From contig OZ024743.1 in NCBI GenBank assembly GCA_964016885.1, forward strand, positions 190,712,001 through 190,776,000: a stretch of DNA of 64,000 nucleotides. The letters are read 5' to 3'. The stretch comes from Eledone cirrhosa. Lineage: Eukaryota. Position numbers and translations under genes: made by a program. Under the pieces are notes generated by a model. The model was not told the DNA's origin. It made no database searches and was given only the letters and a program-made list of their open reading frames with translations. Positions 38,072 through 52,941 of this stretch are shown piece by piece. Each line of letters begins with the position of its first letter. The stretch's first letter is position 1.

Positions 38072-41005
38072 CTGCATATCTATGTGTGTGTGTTTCTTTG
38101 TATGAGTGTGTTTAGAGATAGATAGAGAGAAAGAGAGAGGTGTGGGTAAGTAGGTAGCTTTATAGATAGATATTATGAAAGCTACATTGTACAAGTAAGA
38201 ATAGAATTATATTTTTGTTTAATTCATATCAATCACTCTTTCTACCTGTTCCTACTGTTATTAAATGCATATTCTTCAATTCCTTTTCTACTGATATACA
38301 TGAATTCTTGCAGTTGTTGTCTTTATAAATGTGGTTAAATTGGTCTGTTACTACATTTAACAGCCAACAATAGAAATAAATATGTTGGCGATGATATTAT
38401 AGATGTTTGTGAGAATCTATTTCATGAAGTATTGTATTTTCTGATGACTTAGCTTTGCCTATAGGATTATCAATTATTGCATTATATTGCAACTAGCATT
38501 AACAACAAATATTTCTAAACATATTAGGACTCCAGAGGAATGGTATTACTCAAAATTGGACTGAAGATTGTATGAACAAAACCAATTTTTCTGTTTCTAA
38601 AATGCTTCCAGGAATTTAGTACATGTTTGTGGTATTAAAGAATTACATCTGAAAGTAATGCATGGTATTTAGTTCAGCTGAACTGACAGAATTGTAACCT
38701 GTTAACCAAAGTCCCTTCAGTTGTTAACATTTGTATTACTTAAAGAATAAAGCAGTACAGTGAAAGAAGATTTTAATAAAAAGATACACATGAAATTGTT
38801 TCATTGAATTAAACTGTTTCAGCATATTTCAGTCTCAAATGATAAGCAAATAAAATGATATGGCAAAGTGAACACTTTTTGATAAGTAAAAAAGTACTGT
38901 TCAGAGCTAACATTAGTAGTAAGTTAGTGTCTAAAATTTTAATGTTACTATGAATATTCTTGAAATGATAAATAATAGATCTTTGTTAATGTAAAATTTA
39001 AAAAAATATTTTTTGCATGACTGTAACTTAGAACATTTGAATGAGCATTAACTAAACTAATATCATGGGTTTGGGTTTTCTTTATGTTGTTATAAGATTT
39101 CAATCAAAAGATGCAATACATTCAATGTGATAATCAGCCTTCACATTCCTCTTCATTGTAATCCTTGACGTTATTACAAGTTCAGTAGTAAGTAATTCAT
39201 TGCATCTTCTATATATGTATTATATAATCCTTATCAAAATGTAAATCCAGGATTTGCAGAGGATATTTAAATCACAGCAAAAGAGATTGAATCAGTTTAC
39301 TTGAAGGTGAACGTGCCAACATTAACAAATCTCATTATCATCATAGAAATGGCTATATCTATTATTATTGTTTTATTATAAGCACACACATGTCACTGAA
39401 GACTAGAATCTTTAGAATTTCTCGTGTGTCATTCCTAGAAATAGCAAAGAGTATCTAATACATTTCTTCAAGTTTTCATCATGTCAAAAGATATAAAGAG
39501 CTAGTTTATATTTTGTTTATTATTTTCCACCAGTAAATGAAAACTACAAATGAAAAGTGCCAACCATCTCACCAATGCAAAACTTAGCATATAAATAGAA
39601 ATTAGATTTCAGGAACATTATGTATTACAGTCAGTGCATTATGTGAATATCCAGTAGATGGAGTTATAAGATAGCAGAGAGATTAAGAAGAATTTCACAC
39701 TTCTCATCATACTAATCAAACATCTTTTATTCTTTTTTAATGTTGTGAGCTGGGGAAGGAAGAGATAGTTGAAATGAAGCTAGCATAAGGCCTCTAGTAT
39801 ATGTTATAAAGAAGGACTAAATTAATCACCTAGTTTATCGAATTATAATTATCTTTATGTATATAATACCCTGTAAGTGAGCGAGCATGTATGGGGAGTA
39901 ATTGAAATGAATTCGAGGATTGCATTATGTATTATTTTAACTAACATTTGCTACTTTCCAGGAAGCTGATGGATTTCAAACATTACAAGATTAAAACCCA
40001 GAGATGCAATACATTTATGTGAGAAATTTGAAATTATAGACCCTTCATTTATAAATGCTGATTCTGTTTTAAAACAAACAAAAACATGAAACTTAACAAT
40101 CACATTTAAGCAAATTAAATTAATAGATATCGCATTGTTACTTCAGTAACTAACATCGTTTTAATCATCATCAACATCATTATCATCACTGTTTAACATC
40201 TATTTTCAATGATGGCATGGGTTAGAGAGGCTGTCACATTGTCTGTATTACTTTCTTTATCTCAACCACCTTACAGTGTATACTGTTAGATATTTCCCTC
40301 ACACCGGTGCTACCAATTTATAGAGCAAACTAGGTTATTTTTGTCCTGGCACTTTAAAGTGTGGACTGGGCCCTTTGTCCATGGCAACAGTTTCTGTTCT
40401 AGGTGATGTAGTTAACAGTGGAGTAGGGGTTTCCAAAAGTTTAGTTGAGAAAGTAAAACCTGGGTGGTAAAACGTCAAGGAGCTATTAACTTTGTTATCC
40501 TCAAAGGGATTTTTTCCCCAAATTGTATGAAACTTGTGTATGAATTGTGATGATGTTTTGAAAAGAAGCAAGAACACTTCACTGGTTGAGTAATATTAAT
40601 GTCTTTGAAATAAACATAGAGCACAAATCAGATATGAGAAAAACTGGGTATAAGAAAATTCAGATGTAGTGCAAATAGGTGAATATTTAGCTGGTATCGA
40701 CATGTGATGCATAAAGAAGTACTAAGCAATCCAAGTGGAAGGAGCATGTAGGATAAGAAGATCAAGAAGACTTAGGAAGAAATGGCAAAAGTTTGTCTCA
40801 GAAGACTGAACCACATGAAGGAAATAAAGGTTTTCAACAAATAGAAAGATGAATTGCAGGGGGAAACTTGTCCAACCCATACACTATGGAAAAATGAATG
40901 TAAAATGTTATGAGGAAAACGATAATGTTGATAACAACGACGATGATGATGTATATTAAGCAGTTCAATGAAATGCTGCACATTTTCTTTCATTTCTACA
41001 CTTAA

Positions 41006-41100
41006 ACACACACACACACACTCACACACAGGTACACGTGCACACACACATGCACGCACACACACATACACACACGCGCACGCGCGCGCACACACACACC

Positions 41101-41171
<71 letters not shown>

Positions 41172-41185
41172 GCACACACACGCAC
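41006..41185. repeat. (CA)n microsatellite
   Basis: Directly visible. Confidence 0.95.
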
Positions 41186-41550
41186 ATCAAACACAGCTGC
41201 ACAAAAATATAAGCAGGTAAAGTTAGTTGAAAAAGAAAATGACCATACATTTGGTTGACTAGCTTAATGTTGAATATTATATACACTACTTTGAATCTAA
41301 AGATAAGTAGACTAACATATATATAACTATATACTTCACTAGTCATTCAACAACCCTCAAAACATGAAAAGGATAAAGCCATTTGATATTCTAAACATTT
41401 TCTAAAATATACGCAGCCAGTATAAAACTAATGAATTATATTTTATTCAATGCAATTTCACATCAATGATTCTTATTCTAGAAATTCTAATTTCATTTCT
41501 TTATTTTTTGAAGCAAAATGATGATGAATATAACCATCAAGTCATTTTGT

Positions 41551-41625
41551 TTATATATATATATATATGTATATATGTTTGCATGTGTATGTATATATGT
41601 ATACATATGTATATATATATGTATT

Positions 41626-41658
<33 letters not shown>

Positions 41659-41703
41659 ATATATATATATATGTATGTGTCTATGTATATATGTATACAT
41701 ATG

Positions 41704-41783
<80 letters not shown>

Positions 41784-41812
41784 GTAAAAGAAAGAGACAG
41801 AGAGAGAGAGAG
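41551..41812. repeat. (TA)n/(TATG)n microsatellite
   Basis: Directly visible. Confidence 0.95.
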
Positions 41813-42403
41813 ATAAAATTATGTGTGGTGTGTATATTTTTACTGGTCATTCAACACTGCTGAAACTTATGTTTCATAAAGTTTTGTTAAGTTTCTATAT
41901 TTTAATCACATAAATTGCCAAAAATATCTCCAATGTTCATCATACAAATAACTAAAACAATACTGGATAGAAATTATGGAAATATATATGTATATATATA
42001 TATAAACATCTAAACATAGAAATTAATATTTGATTCGTAATATTTGCAGAATAAATTTTCCCCTATACAATCTCCATAAATTAAATGTTTCCATATTGAA
42101 AAACCAAAATACAATTTAAAACAATATCTTTAATTATAATTCACTTGTTTAATTTTCTTTACTCTTTTCTCTAGGAATATATTTTCTTTAAAAGTTTACA
42201 TTAGAAGTTAGAATTTGTAGATATTTATGAATAAGATGATTCTCACTTTCTTACATTCTCTTATTCTTGCCATTTCCCTCATAAATATTGTTTCTCTCAT
42301 AAATATTGTTATCATTATCATGATTGTCACCACCACTAATAACTGCAGACACACCACTATTGCCATCGACATCTCCAGAACTATTATATCATCATTATCA
42401 CTT

Positions 42404-42583
42404 TTGGCAGTATCGGTAGAGAGTTGGACGCCATGCTTTCCAGCATAGTTACGTCCCTTTACGAACTGAGTTCTAATCCCGCCGAGGTTAACTTTGCCTT
42501 TCATCCTTATGGGGTCGATAAAATAAAGTACCAGTAATACACTGGAGTAATTGCTGGCCTTGTGCCAAATGTAGAAACAATTA
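42404..42583 (+). mobile_element. Meta-type tRNA SINE
   Basis: Family match. Confidence 0.85.
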
Positions 42584-44210
42584 TCACTTCCAGCATTTGC
42601 ATTAAATTTTCATCTTTCTCCTTCCCTCTCTGACTTCATTTTTTTTACAACACCTTCATTCTCATTAACAATATACTAATCGTTACTACTACTTACAAAT
42701 ACAGCAATAAGATAAATATGCTCTTTTTCCCCTTACCCCTCATTATCATCACCACAATCAGCAACACTACCATCATTTCCATGCTCACCTTCATCGTTTT
42801 GATTACAACATCAGCATTTTAAAACTTCCCAAATTTCTTCTATGTTTCACTTCACCACTCTCCAAAGATGCTATGAATATAAGGTTGTCAACAAGAATAT
42901 CTTAAGCTAATGTAATACTTATTTCTAACAATATAATTTTGCAATCACTGTTGTAGTTGTCCTTGTCAGTGTTGCTGTTGTCATTGAGATTGATGTTTTT
43001 ATATTTTTGATAAATATGCAACTGAAGGAATTTGTTAGAATATAATATTTGTCACCATGACTTTTATTACCACCATAAGGATGATGTTGATGATGAAAAT
43101 GATGATCCCTACAGAGATATGCCAACTGAAATTACTTTAGCAGATATTAATGTTGTGCTATACAGCTGTGATATATGACAATTATTTAACCATACAGAAA
43201 CAAGCATTAATATTAAGGTTATTGGTATTTCCAATTCACATATACTGCTATAGTTGGAATGCTTATAATAACATTAGTCATGTAGTTCTCCGTGGACTGA
43301 TACAGTTACATGATCTCAGAGAGTGATTCCAACTACAGTTGAAAAATTCAGTCAGCATGTTCACTCGTCTATGAGGAAATATATAAAAAAAGATGCATGT
43401 TTACATATGTCAAGTCTATTTATTTACACATTTATGTCACTTCAATTATACCATGTACTGTTTTTGTACTGGTATCTATTTACTGTAACAGTGTCAATAT
43501 ACACGATCGCTACCACCTATAAATGTAAGAATCCTTCACTTCAACAGACACCCTCTCTATACATGAAACGAAGAATACAGCTTAAACATTTCAAATCATT
43601 ACAAAGGCCCAGCTTCACAATATCTGACTAACTTCCAAGGTGGCCTATAATATTTTTATAGAAAAAATTCAGTCCTCATTAGTTACTGCCTTTCTACAAA
43701 GTACATATGTGATGTGCATTAGACATATACACTTTAGATCACAGGAATATATACAAGCCCATATGATGATTGGCAAAATTTCCCACTAACACTAAGTTCA
43801 CAGTCATACTCCTTATCACCACCTCTCTCTTACTATAAACATGTTATCAGTCTAACTGATGAAATTAGCTTTATACCACCAGCCTTCTAAGGAGCCTCTA
43901 TGTGATTGCCTGATCTGCTAGAAATACACTCTGCCATCCTTAAAATATAAGTACAGATATAATCTTAGATATGCAATACCTAAAAGAAGGGTGTAATGGT
44001 CGTAGGTAGAATGACTTTGATCATTGGTCTACTAAATCATGGTTGATCTGGAGCTAATCCACCACAAAAACAAATAAATATGTAAAGTACCTAACATAGC
44101 AGTCATTTTTAGTTTGAGGAAAACACATTAATGAATAAATTAAAGCTGCAAGAAAGGATTCACGGTTTTGTTTGCTTTCTCAAAATTTGAAATGTATTTA
44201 TATCTTTAGC

Positions 44211-44332
44211 ATCATCATCATCACTACTGTCCATGTTTTTCGTGGTCGTTCTCTACTGCGTCTTCCTTCTACTGGGATTTCTTGGCACTTCTTTACACAG
44301 TGGTCATCCTCCATGCACATCACATGTCCATA
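44211..44332 (-). mobile_element. Short RTE fragment
   Basis: [34 protein letters not shown], matching 8500-8605. Confidence 0.8.
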
Positions 44333-44461
44333 GGGAGAGAGAGAGAGAGAAAGTCTGTGGTGCTGAGACAGAAGAGTCCACAAATAATAAAATACTCGAT
44401 GCATAGGAAAAGGCAGAGTGGATTTAGAGATATGTATAATAATCCAAACCATGGTGCCAAT

Positions 44462-44576
<115 letters not shown>

Positions 44577-44587
44577 TTTATATATAC

Positions 44588-44652
<65 letters not shown>

Positions 44653-44796
44653 TATATATTTAGACAACTGGTGCATGTGTTTCTTATTGGCAACATGACC
44701 CTCCCAAAGTATAACAATATCGGTTTCAACACACGATTTCAGATAAAGAATCTTGCTAAACAAATTCAGAAACGAAATATATATATATACACACAC

Positions 44797-44923
<127 letters not shown>

Positions 44924-44935
44924 TATATATATATA

Positions 44936-45336
44936 TGGCGGCTGCCAACTCGTTTTCGAGTACGGCCACTACTTTATATCCATGTAGGAGAACCCCTACC
45001 GATGCGCAACGAGTGTGACTTTTTAGTCCAGCCAGCGACTTGAAAACTCTGGTACAAACACTACACTTGTGACAATTATTGACACATAGTGCTGGGCCCA
45101 TGGTACCATGTGACGACAAGTGCAGAGAGATCTCCAGATATAAAGCAATGCCTGTGCCGTGAAGCTTTTATAGTGAGCAAAGGCACTGCACAAAGCCAGT
45201 CCCACTCTCTTAACCAAGATGATATTTACCAAAAAGAAGAACAAGTCAACATCATTGGATACCATCAGAGTTGCAGGTGTTATATCAGCGTTTTCCTTCT
45301 CCTAGAATTCTGCCTTGACAAAGGCTAAGGGGTCAT
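44936..45336 (-). mobile_element. RTE-like LINE 3' end with C2H2-like finger; probably continues at 48311-48477 across the PLE insertion
   Basis: [18 protein letters not shown]; QL.WLG.H-like remnant at about 48335-48360. Confidence 0.55.
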
Positions 45337-48310
45337 ATATTCATTAGTTAAGCACAACAAGTCACAAATTTCACAAGGAAGACATTATTAAAAGATTGTC
45401 AACATATTTTAGTTTGATGTAAGGAATGTAGAGAATAATAATAATAATATTAATAATAATAATGTCCGTTTACAATTGTTTCGCTACTCCATATAATATT
45501 TCTGGATCAGATGACTATATATCATAATTGATCTGGTTCAGTTGAAAATATTTAACATATTTAAATGATAGATCGGCTCATCGGAACTTCAAAGAATATA
45601 GATTAAAATAATGAGATAATGTTACATAATATAATGTTCTATATATTGGTTTTTACTATGGTGGCTTGGTTGCATCGGTTATCAGCCATAATCAAGCAGT
45701 ATTCATCTGTCGAGGCTGAATTGTGTGAGATCTGCCTATGGGTAACAAGATGGCTGCCAAAGGGCATATTTACCTTACTAATTAGAGGGTGGTTTCAGGG
45801 GAAGTAACTTCTCGAGAGATTAGAAATTGTGGGTGTTTATAGTTAAGTGCTAATTTTTAAATTCTTTTTAATTGAGAGACAATGTAGGGGAGGTAACTTA
45901 TAATTATCGAGTTGTTCATAGCAATTTAACTTATTAGCTACAAGTAAAAATGGGGCTACATGACTAAGTTGGGTCAACAATTCTATTGGCGAAGGAATTA
46001 GCCCTTCGATGTTGACAGCTAATAGTTACCTCCGTTCTATCGTTAATCAGTAGAGGTCGTGATAGAGTTATGTACTATCCTTCCGTAATACAGAGATCAC
46101 AAGATTTTCTTCGTCCATTGAACGGTTGGGGCCTAGCCACGATATCCCATTTTAGTGAGTGTTGAACATTGTTTAATTTAAGGTTTTTAATGAGCCTAGC
46201 TAGCGATGTCGAACATCTGTTGCTGGGGTCTCGGAAGGAAAAAGAGTGCGCGTTATAGCGTAGCTTAAATGGGTTAGAGGTAGACCCGATATAAGAGCTG
46301 GTATTCGAAGCAGTCTTAACCGTGCACCTATAGACTATGTTGGGTGTCAGGCAGTGTCCATTTAATGGGCATGCATTGGGGTAACGGCTGTTGCAGTTGC
46401 TTCTGCGGTTAGTGAGAGTAGGGTTGTTTAACCTAAGTGGTAGGTCCGTGCTAGAAGGATTAGATGGGGGAGGTGTCCTACTAGAGTAATTATTGGTGTA
46501 GTGGCGTGGTGTATTTGATAGGGGTGGTGGCACCGCGGTCTGGGAGTTATACTGTCTTAGCTTATGATGGTTACTGAACGCGATGTGGCTAGCTAGGTTA
46601 GGTGTTGTGGAGAATGAGATTTTAATGTTATATTTATTAAAGAGTTTGTAATATCTATGGTTGGGGGGGGGGGTAGATAGGTTAGAGAAGAAGCGTTTTG
46701 GGGATATTAGTCGCTAGATTATATGAGAATGGGGGTTTAAGCCAGGTGATATTTCTAGGTCTATTCCTTCTAGGGGTTCTAGTGGAGTTGGTAGGGGCCT
46801 TCCTAGGGTTATTATTACCTAGGGATTTGTTATTTGTCATCCCATTTCTCATTCCTATTCTAGGGTTGATTTTTAGTTTGCTATTTGGAGTGGGGAGCAG
46901 GCCGCTGCCACAATTAAAGTTCCCTGTATAGGTGCTGTTACTGCTAAAGTTCCGGCGAATCTGCTTATATGCTAAGGTATTTCTAGTTCTAGTGTTAAGT
47001 TTATTATGGTGAATTGCTGTGTTATCGCATTTAGGTATGTAATAAATTGATTGTTTATAACCAGATTCAGATAGAGCCTTATTATAATATTGTGCGTGGT
47101 TTATAAATATCTCCTCATTTGCTGATAGCATTGAGATCCTATAAGAGATAGATTTGATTACTGCTCTGATGACTGCCGGTGGGTGGTTAGAATGTGTGGT
47201 AATATATGTGAGTATTTCACCTGGTTTACGGTAAGGGTTATATAGGTTATTGTTGAGATCCAGGGTGACGTATAGGAAGTTTACTACTTTATGGTTCGGC
47301 TCGATGGTGATAGAGAGACCGTTATTTTTGAAGAATCTATGTAATCGTTTCTTTAGCAAATCGATTCCCCGATTAGTGCAATTGTGGACTGCAAATAGGG
47401 CGTCGTCCCAGTATATTCCGCCTTGCATGGGTTGGATTTTGGCTCTGATGTTACGTAATAGGTAAATCCCAACTAAATCGGTGATTTGCGCGGAGTCACT
47501 TGAGCCCATCGTAATGTCTAAGTTGTCTGTTCTATCTTTTCTAGTCCAGAGTGCTCCGTTGAATTCAATGATAGTCTGTCTAGCCAAAAGTATGATGTTA
47601 ATATCATTATTGGTTATGTCCGAGTTGGTGGTGGCTAGGGCTAATGCTTTGTTGAGCAGTTCCGGGGTTATTGACGCGTAATAGCTGTCTATGTCAAATT
47701 GGATGAACCTCATAGATTGCTTGGACCTTAGAGCGGAGAACCATTTAATGACTTGGCCGGTGTTGGACCACAACTTGTAGGTGGTATCATCCCGTAGCCC
47801 AGGGATTATCCTATCAAGGATGTTCTTACTGATGCCGCCCAGGTCAGATGTGGTTGGGCTTATGAGTCTAATAGATGGGTTCTCTAAAAGGTTTAGCTTG
47901 TGATCCTTGAGAGAGAACCTTGGGGTTGTTGGTACACAAGGGTGGGTAAATCTATTCAGATGCAAGTCCTTAACCAAAGCCTGGGATTTTCGGTTAAGTA
48001 CGTTTAGACTGGAGGGTGTAGTTTTTTTATAGTTTTATTGAGTTCTTTTAGAAGGAAAGAGTTGTAAGTTTCAGGAGTCATGGTGTATAGATTTTTAGTT
48101 TTGTCAGACATAACATGTAAGAGGTGGCTCTTTTTAAATTTTTTTATAATTGTTGCTAATTTAGTGAGGAATATATTCTTGTGTCTATAATGATTTTTGA
48201 ACTGAATGCTCCTGACCAAGTTAAATAGATCTTTCTCAAAATGTTGACAATATTTTAATAATGTCTTCCTTGTGAAATGTGTGGTCTTGTTGTGCTTAAC
48301 TAATGAATAT
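45337..48310 (-). mobile_element. Penelope-like element (RT and C-terminal GIY-YIG, Hydra-clade-like), 5'-truncated with inverted pseudo-LTR piece
   Basis: SDKT.NLY; LKDHK..RLISP; FIQFDIDSYYASI; MGSSD; GIYWDD; CPLNGHCL..IVY..YIGST..FK.RY..H..C.LC. A 70-bp inverted repeat at 45337-45405 and 48241-48310. Confidence 0.88.
45468..45587 (-). ncRNA. Hammerhead-like motif with long stem II insertion
   Basis: GTT-CCGATGA-GC-(about 90 nt)-GC-GAA-ACAATTGT-A-AAC, in the PLE 3' region. Confidence 0.55.
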
Positions 48311-48477
48311 TTCCAGCTCTGCGCACCTAACTTCTGCATGAACCCAGCCACCTAGCTGCTTTCTACTGCATATTGCACATTGAGTACATGCCTTTACGCT
48401 TTGGCTTCTAACTAACTCACCAATCTGACCTCTCATATCTCCATCTCTCTCTTTAAGATTGGTTACTCTTGAACTGT

Positions 48478-48646
<169 letters not shown>

Positions 48647-48647
48647 T

Positions 48648-48926
48648 GGAGGCAAGTGGCCTAGTGGTAAGGGTGTTGAACTTACGATCTTAATGTTGTG
48701 GGTTCAATTCCTGTGTTATTTGTTGTGTTTTTGAGCAAAAAACACTTCATTTCACACATTGCTCCAGTATACTCAGCTGAAAATGAGTACCAGCAATAGT
48801 TGGGGGTTTAACCCTGCGATGGACTGGCGTCCTGTCCAGGAAGTCTTGAACTCTCAGTCGCTTCATGCCATGAAACCGGGATAAGCACCAGCCAAATGAG
48901 CCTTCTGGTTTAAGGCAGACTTTAGA

Positions 48927-48928
<2 letters not shown>
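48648..48928 (+). mobile_element. CORE-like tRNA SINE
   Basis: Homologous to 1390-1670. Confidence 0.8.
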
Positions 48929-48960
<32 letters not shown>

Positions 48961-50766
48961 AATGTTTGAGTAGGAATTAGATTTAAAATAAAGAATGCAA
49001 TTAAGATTGATTCGGTGAGGATACCAACTGTCAAATTGAATCAAGATATGTTAAGATTAAATGTAGAAAATTCTGAATAGCAAAATATTTGTCTTCTACA
49101 CCAGCAGTATTGTTAGGGGAGTGAGAGACCCAAGGGAATGTCCTCATTATCATTATCATTATCATCATCATTGTGGTTTAATGTTTATTTTCCCTTCTAG
49201 TACTGCTTAGACATGTCACCACAGTCTCATCAGTTCTCAAGCAGAGACTCTGCCCTTCAAGGAAATATCAGGGAACCTAATATCCCCTGCATTTTATCAT
49301 GACTCTAGGGAAGTTGTCATCTCCTGAGCATAGCTGAAGAGTCTTCCCATCCTTTGTTTAGCAGGTCTTCTAATACTGGATTCCCTTCTTGTGATCAATC
49401 ACATTACAGAATGTACTGGATGATCATCAATTGTGTAGATCACAACTCTAGGAAGGTTGTAGTGTATGTGGCACACCTGAAGAGTTTTTCAGAGATTTTG
49501 TTTAGCAAGGTTTCTACAGCTGGATGCCTTTCTGGGCAACAACTACTTTTCAGTGTAAACTGTGTGTGTTTATCACCAACACTGTAGAAGTTGTTGTGTC
49601 CCTGCCACAACTAAAGAGTCCTTTCATCCCTTTTTGGCATGGTGTCTACAACAGGGAGCCCACCCTATCACCAACCACCTGATAGAGTATTCTATCAGAA
49701 GATTTGTGGGCATTAAAGTCGGACATGATATGAAATAAATATTGGGTTCAATATGAAGGAGAAAGTGTGTTTGCATGCATGTGTGTGAGAATATATAAGT
49801 AATTTCTTTACCATATTTACAACTGCATAAAACTGTTACAGCTTTTCTTATTAGCTTCACAAATCAGATGCATTCCAGCAATAAAAAATGCTGTTTTTTT
49901 AACATCATGGAATATTTTATTCAACGTATGTTTTCTTTATTGAAAATAAATGATTCAGATTTAAAAATAGATTTGCTTACATGTCTAGCAATCAAGCAAC
50001 TGGATATGGGGCTCTTTTTTTGCAAATTGGTTGATAATACCGTAAATTATAAATTAAAAATTAAAAAATATATTAAAAATTATAAATTATAAATTTAAAA
50101 TACCAAAGATAACCCTTCTGGTAAAATGTTTTATTCATATTTCTTTTGAAATTATTTGTCTCTGTACTAAGTATTTTAATAAGCTTGCTAACTTTGTGTA
50201 TCTACTTACATTCTTCTCTTTGCTTGTTAATTCATTTCTAAACATACCAATTAGATTACATAAAACCAGAACCAGATATTTGTTTCATCAACTTTAGTGA
50301 GAAAGAAATTAGTGCATATTCAATCCAACAAAGAAAGCATTTGAACTCAGAATATAAAGACATAATGCGATGCAACAAGGCATCTAGCAGACTACAATTT
50401 GTGCAACTCCATAATTAAGTTTAATGATTTTTTGAGTTTTCTTGAAATCTTTTAGGATATTCTTTTTTAAATTTTTCTTTCAGTTTTGCCCATTTCAGAA
50501 TTTTTAGTTTAATTTCTTTATGAGAATTTTATCTCTTACCTTAATACTTTAGTTTTAACCAATTATTTATTCTTATATTGCTTAACTGAGTTTCCTTGCT
50601 TCATTCTTCAACACCTGAGACTGTTCTCATTTTAAAATCCTGCACCTGATGCCGATGATATTGACAATCACACACATTCATTGCTTACCTTCTAAGAGAT
50701 AATTAGATCTATAAATAATATATACATTATATATATATACATATATATATTTATATTTATATACAT

Positions 50767-50864
<98 letters not shown>

Positions 50865-51100
50865 ACTCTAAAAACATAAATAAATATAAATAAAAATAAA
50901 AATTAACTATAGCTTTGTAGAATTAGCTTTTAATGAATTCCCTTTTCTATCAACCAATGACCTGCACCCATCCCACTCCCCACCCTCTCCTACCACTTGT
51001 AGAGACCTATAAATACCATATTTATTTTTTGATACCCAGATTCCTGATGATTTCTAATGAATGAAACAGTTCTAGTCCTGTAGAATCTCATCTATATTAA

Positions 51101-51145
<45 letters not shown>

Positions 51146-51149
<4 letters not shown>

Positions 51150-51396
51150 CTTGATCACCTTGACCGACCAGTCTGTCGGGCACCAATCGGCGCCGCTGGT
51201 CACAGCACGTCGTGCTGTTTTAGCCATAAGATAACGCCATCCCACTGGCTGGGCGGGCAGGCCGGTACTCATTTCTACAGCTGAGTAAACTAGAGCAACG
51301 TGAAATAAAGTGTCTTGCTCAAGGAAACAACAGATCACCTGGTCTGAGAATTGAACATACAACCTTTCGATTGCAAGCCCAATGCTCAAACCACTA
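51146..51396 (-). mobile_element. CORE-like tRNA SINE with a distinct 3' tail
   Basis: Head and CORE block shared with 53190-53330; tail GGTCAAGGTGATCAAGGTGAT. Confidence 0.7.
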
Positions 51397-51397
51397 A

Positions 51398-51820
<423 letters not shown>

Positions 51821-52106
51821 TGAATCAATGATTTGTTGAGAGAAACTGAAAGTAAAGAATATGCATAAGGGAGATTGGGTTTAGTGTACAAGACTTTGTT
51901 GATTGGAGACTTCTGGTGTCTTTGACCCTTGCATCGCCTCCCTTTTCACCACCATCAGCATAGAGTTGGCTACCCACAGGTGTGAGCCTAGTGAGCTGGA
52001 ATGGCTCTCCCAACATCTCTCCCTCACCAACCTCTGGGGAAATTCTGTCTCTATTCTATTCATCAAAGCCATGGAGCAGCCAGTGTGTGGGACCTCATTT
52101 GCTCAT

Positions 52107-52375
52107 AATAATTGTTTCTACTTTAGGCACAAGGCCAGCAAATTACCCAGTACATTACTGGTACTTTATTTTATCGACCCCGTAAGGATGAAAGGCAAAG
52201 TTAATCTCGGCGGGATTTGAACTCAGACTGTAAAGGGACGTAACTATGCTAGAAAGCATGGCGTCCAACCCTCTACCGATACTGCCAATTCACGCTCATA
52301 ATAATTGTTTCTACGGTAGGCACAAGGCCAGCAAATACCCAGTGTATTACTGGTACTTTATTTTATCGACCCCGT
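52107..52375 (-). mobile_element. Meta-type SINE plus adjacent truncated copy
   Basis: Family match; GCTCATAATAAT direct repeat at 52101 and 52294. Confidence 0.85.
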
Positions 52376-52499
52376 AATAATAATAAGAGATGAAGAGAGC
52401 GGAGAGACAGTAACAGTGGGAGTTTGGTTCTTTTGTGTTTGGACCTGGTGTATATGTATATATTTTTTATCTCACCACATCTTAATACTCAAATCAAAG

Positions 52500-52900
52500 T
52501 GAATAGCACTCAAAGACATCAAGGAAAAGAAACTGAGAAAATGGAAAGGCACATGGAGCGTACATGCCCAGATATTGTTATATATATTAAAGAGGAAAAG
52601 GTGTATTACATAAACGGTGTTCCTTGCTCATTTATAAATAGAATCAAGTACAAAGAATGTGAAAATGTATAAAAGATACCAAGACCTAAAATGTGAAAGG
52701 CAATTTCCTTGGAATTACCATAAAGTTGCTATTATCTCAATTGTAATAAGGACACTCGCAAGAATTTTAAATGATTGGATAAAGATATTGGATAAAAGTC
52801 CCTTTACAGACAACTTGTTTGCTTATTACCATAAGAATCCTAAGAAAGACATTATATACCTACAGGTGCAAGTTATAGTTTGATATCTGGCAATCAAATA
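52500..52900 (+). mobile_element. Old Dong-type LINE 3' remnant
   Basis: CPDIV..; KRYQDLKCE...WNYHKV.II.IVI..L. Confidence 0.55.
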
Positions 52901-52941
52901 CCAACAGAACACAAGAAAAAGATGTATGAAACAACAAATAA

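Noticed and set aside
39962-40018. Possible plus-strand micro-exon after CTAAC..TTTCCAG
   Set aside because: The donor is weak, the peptide is unrecognisable, and there are no partner exons.
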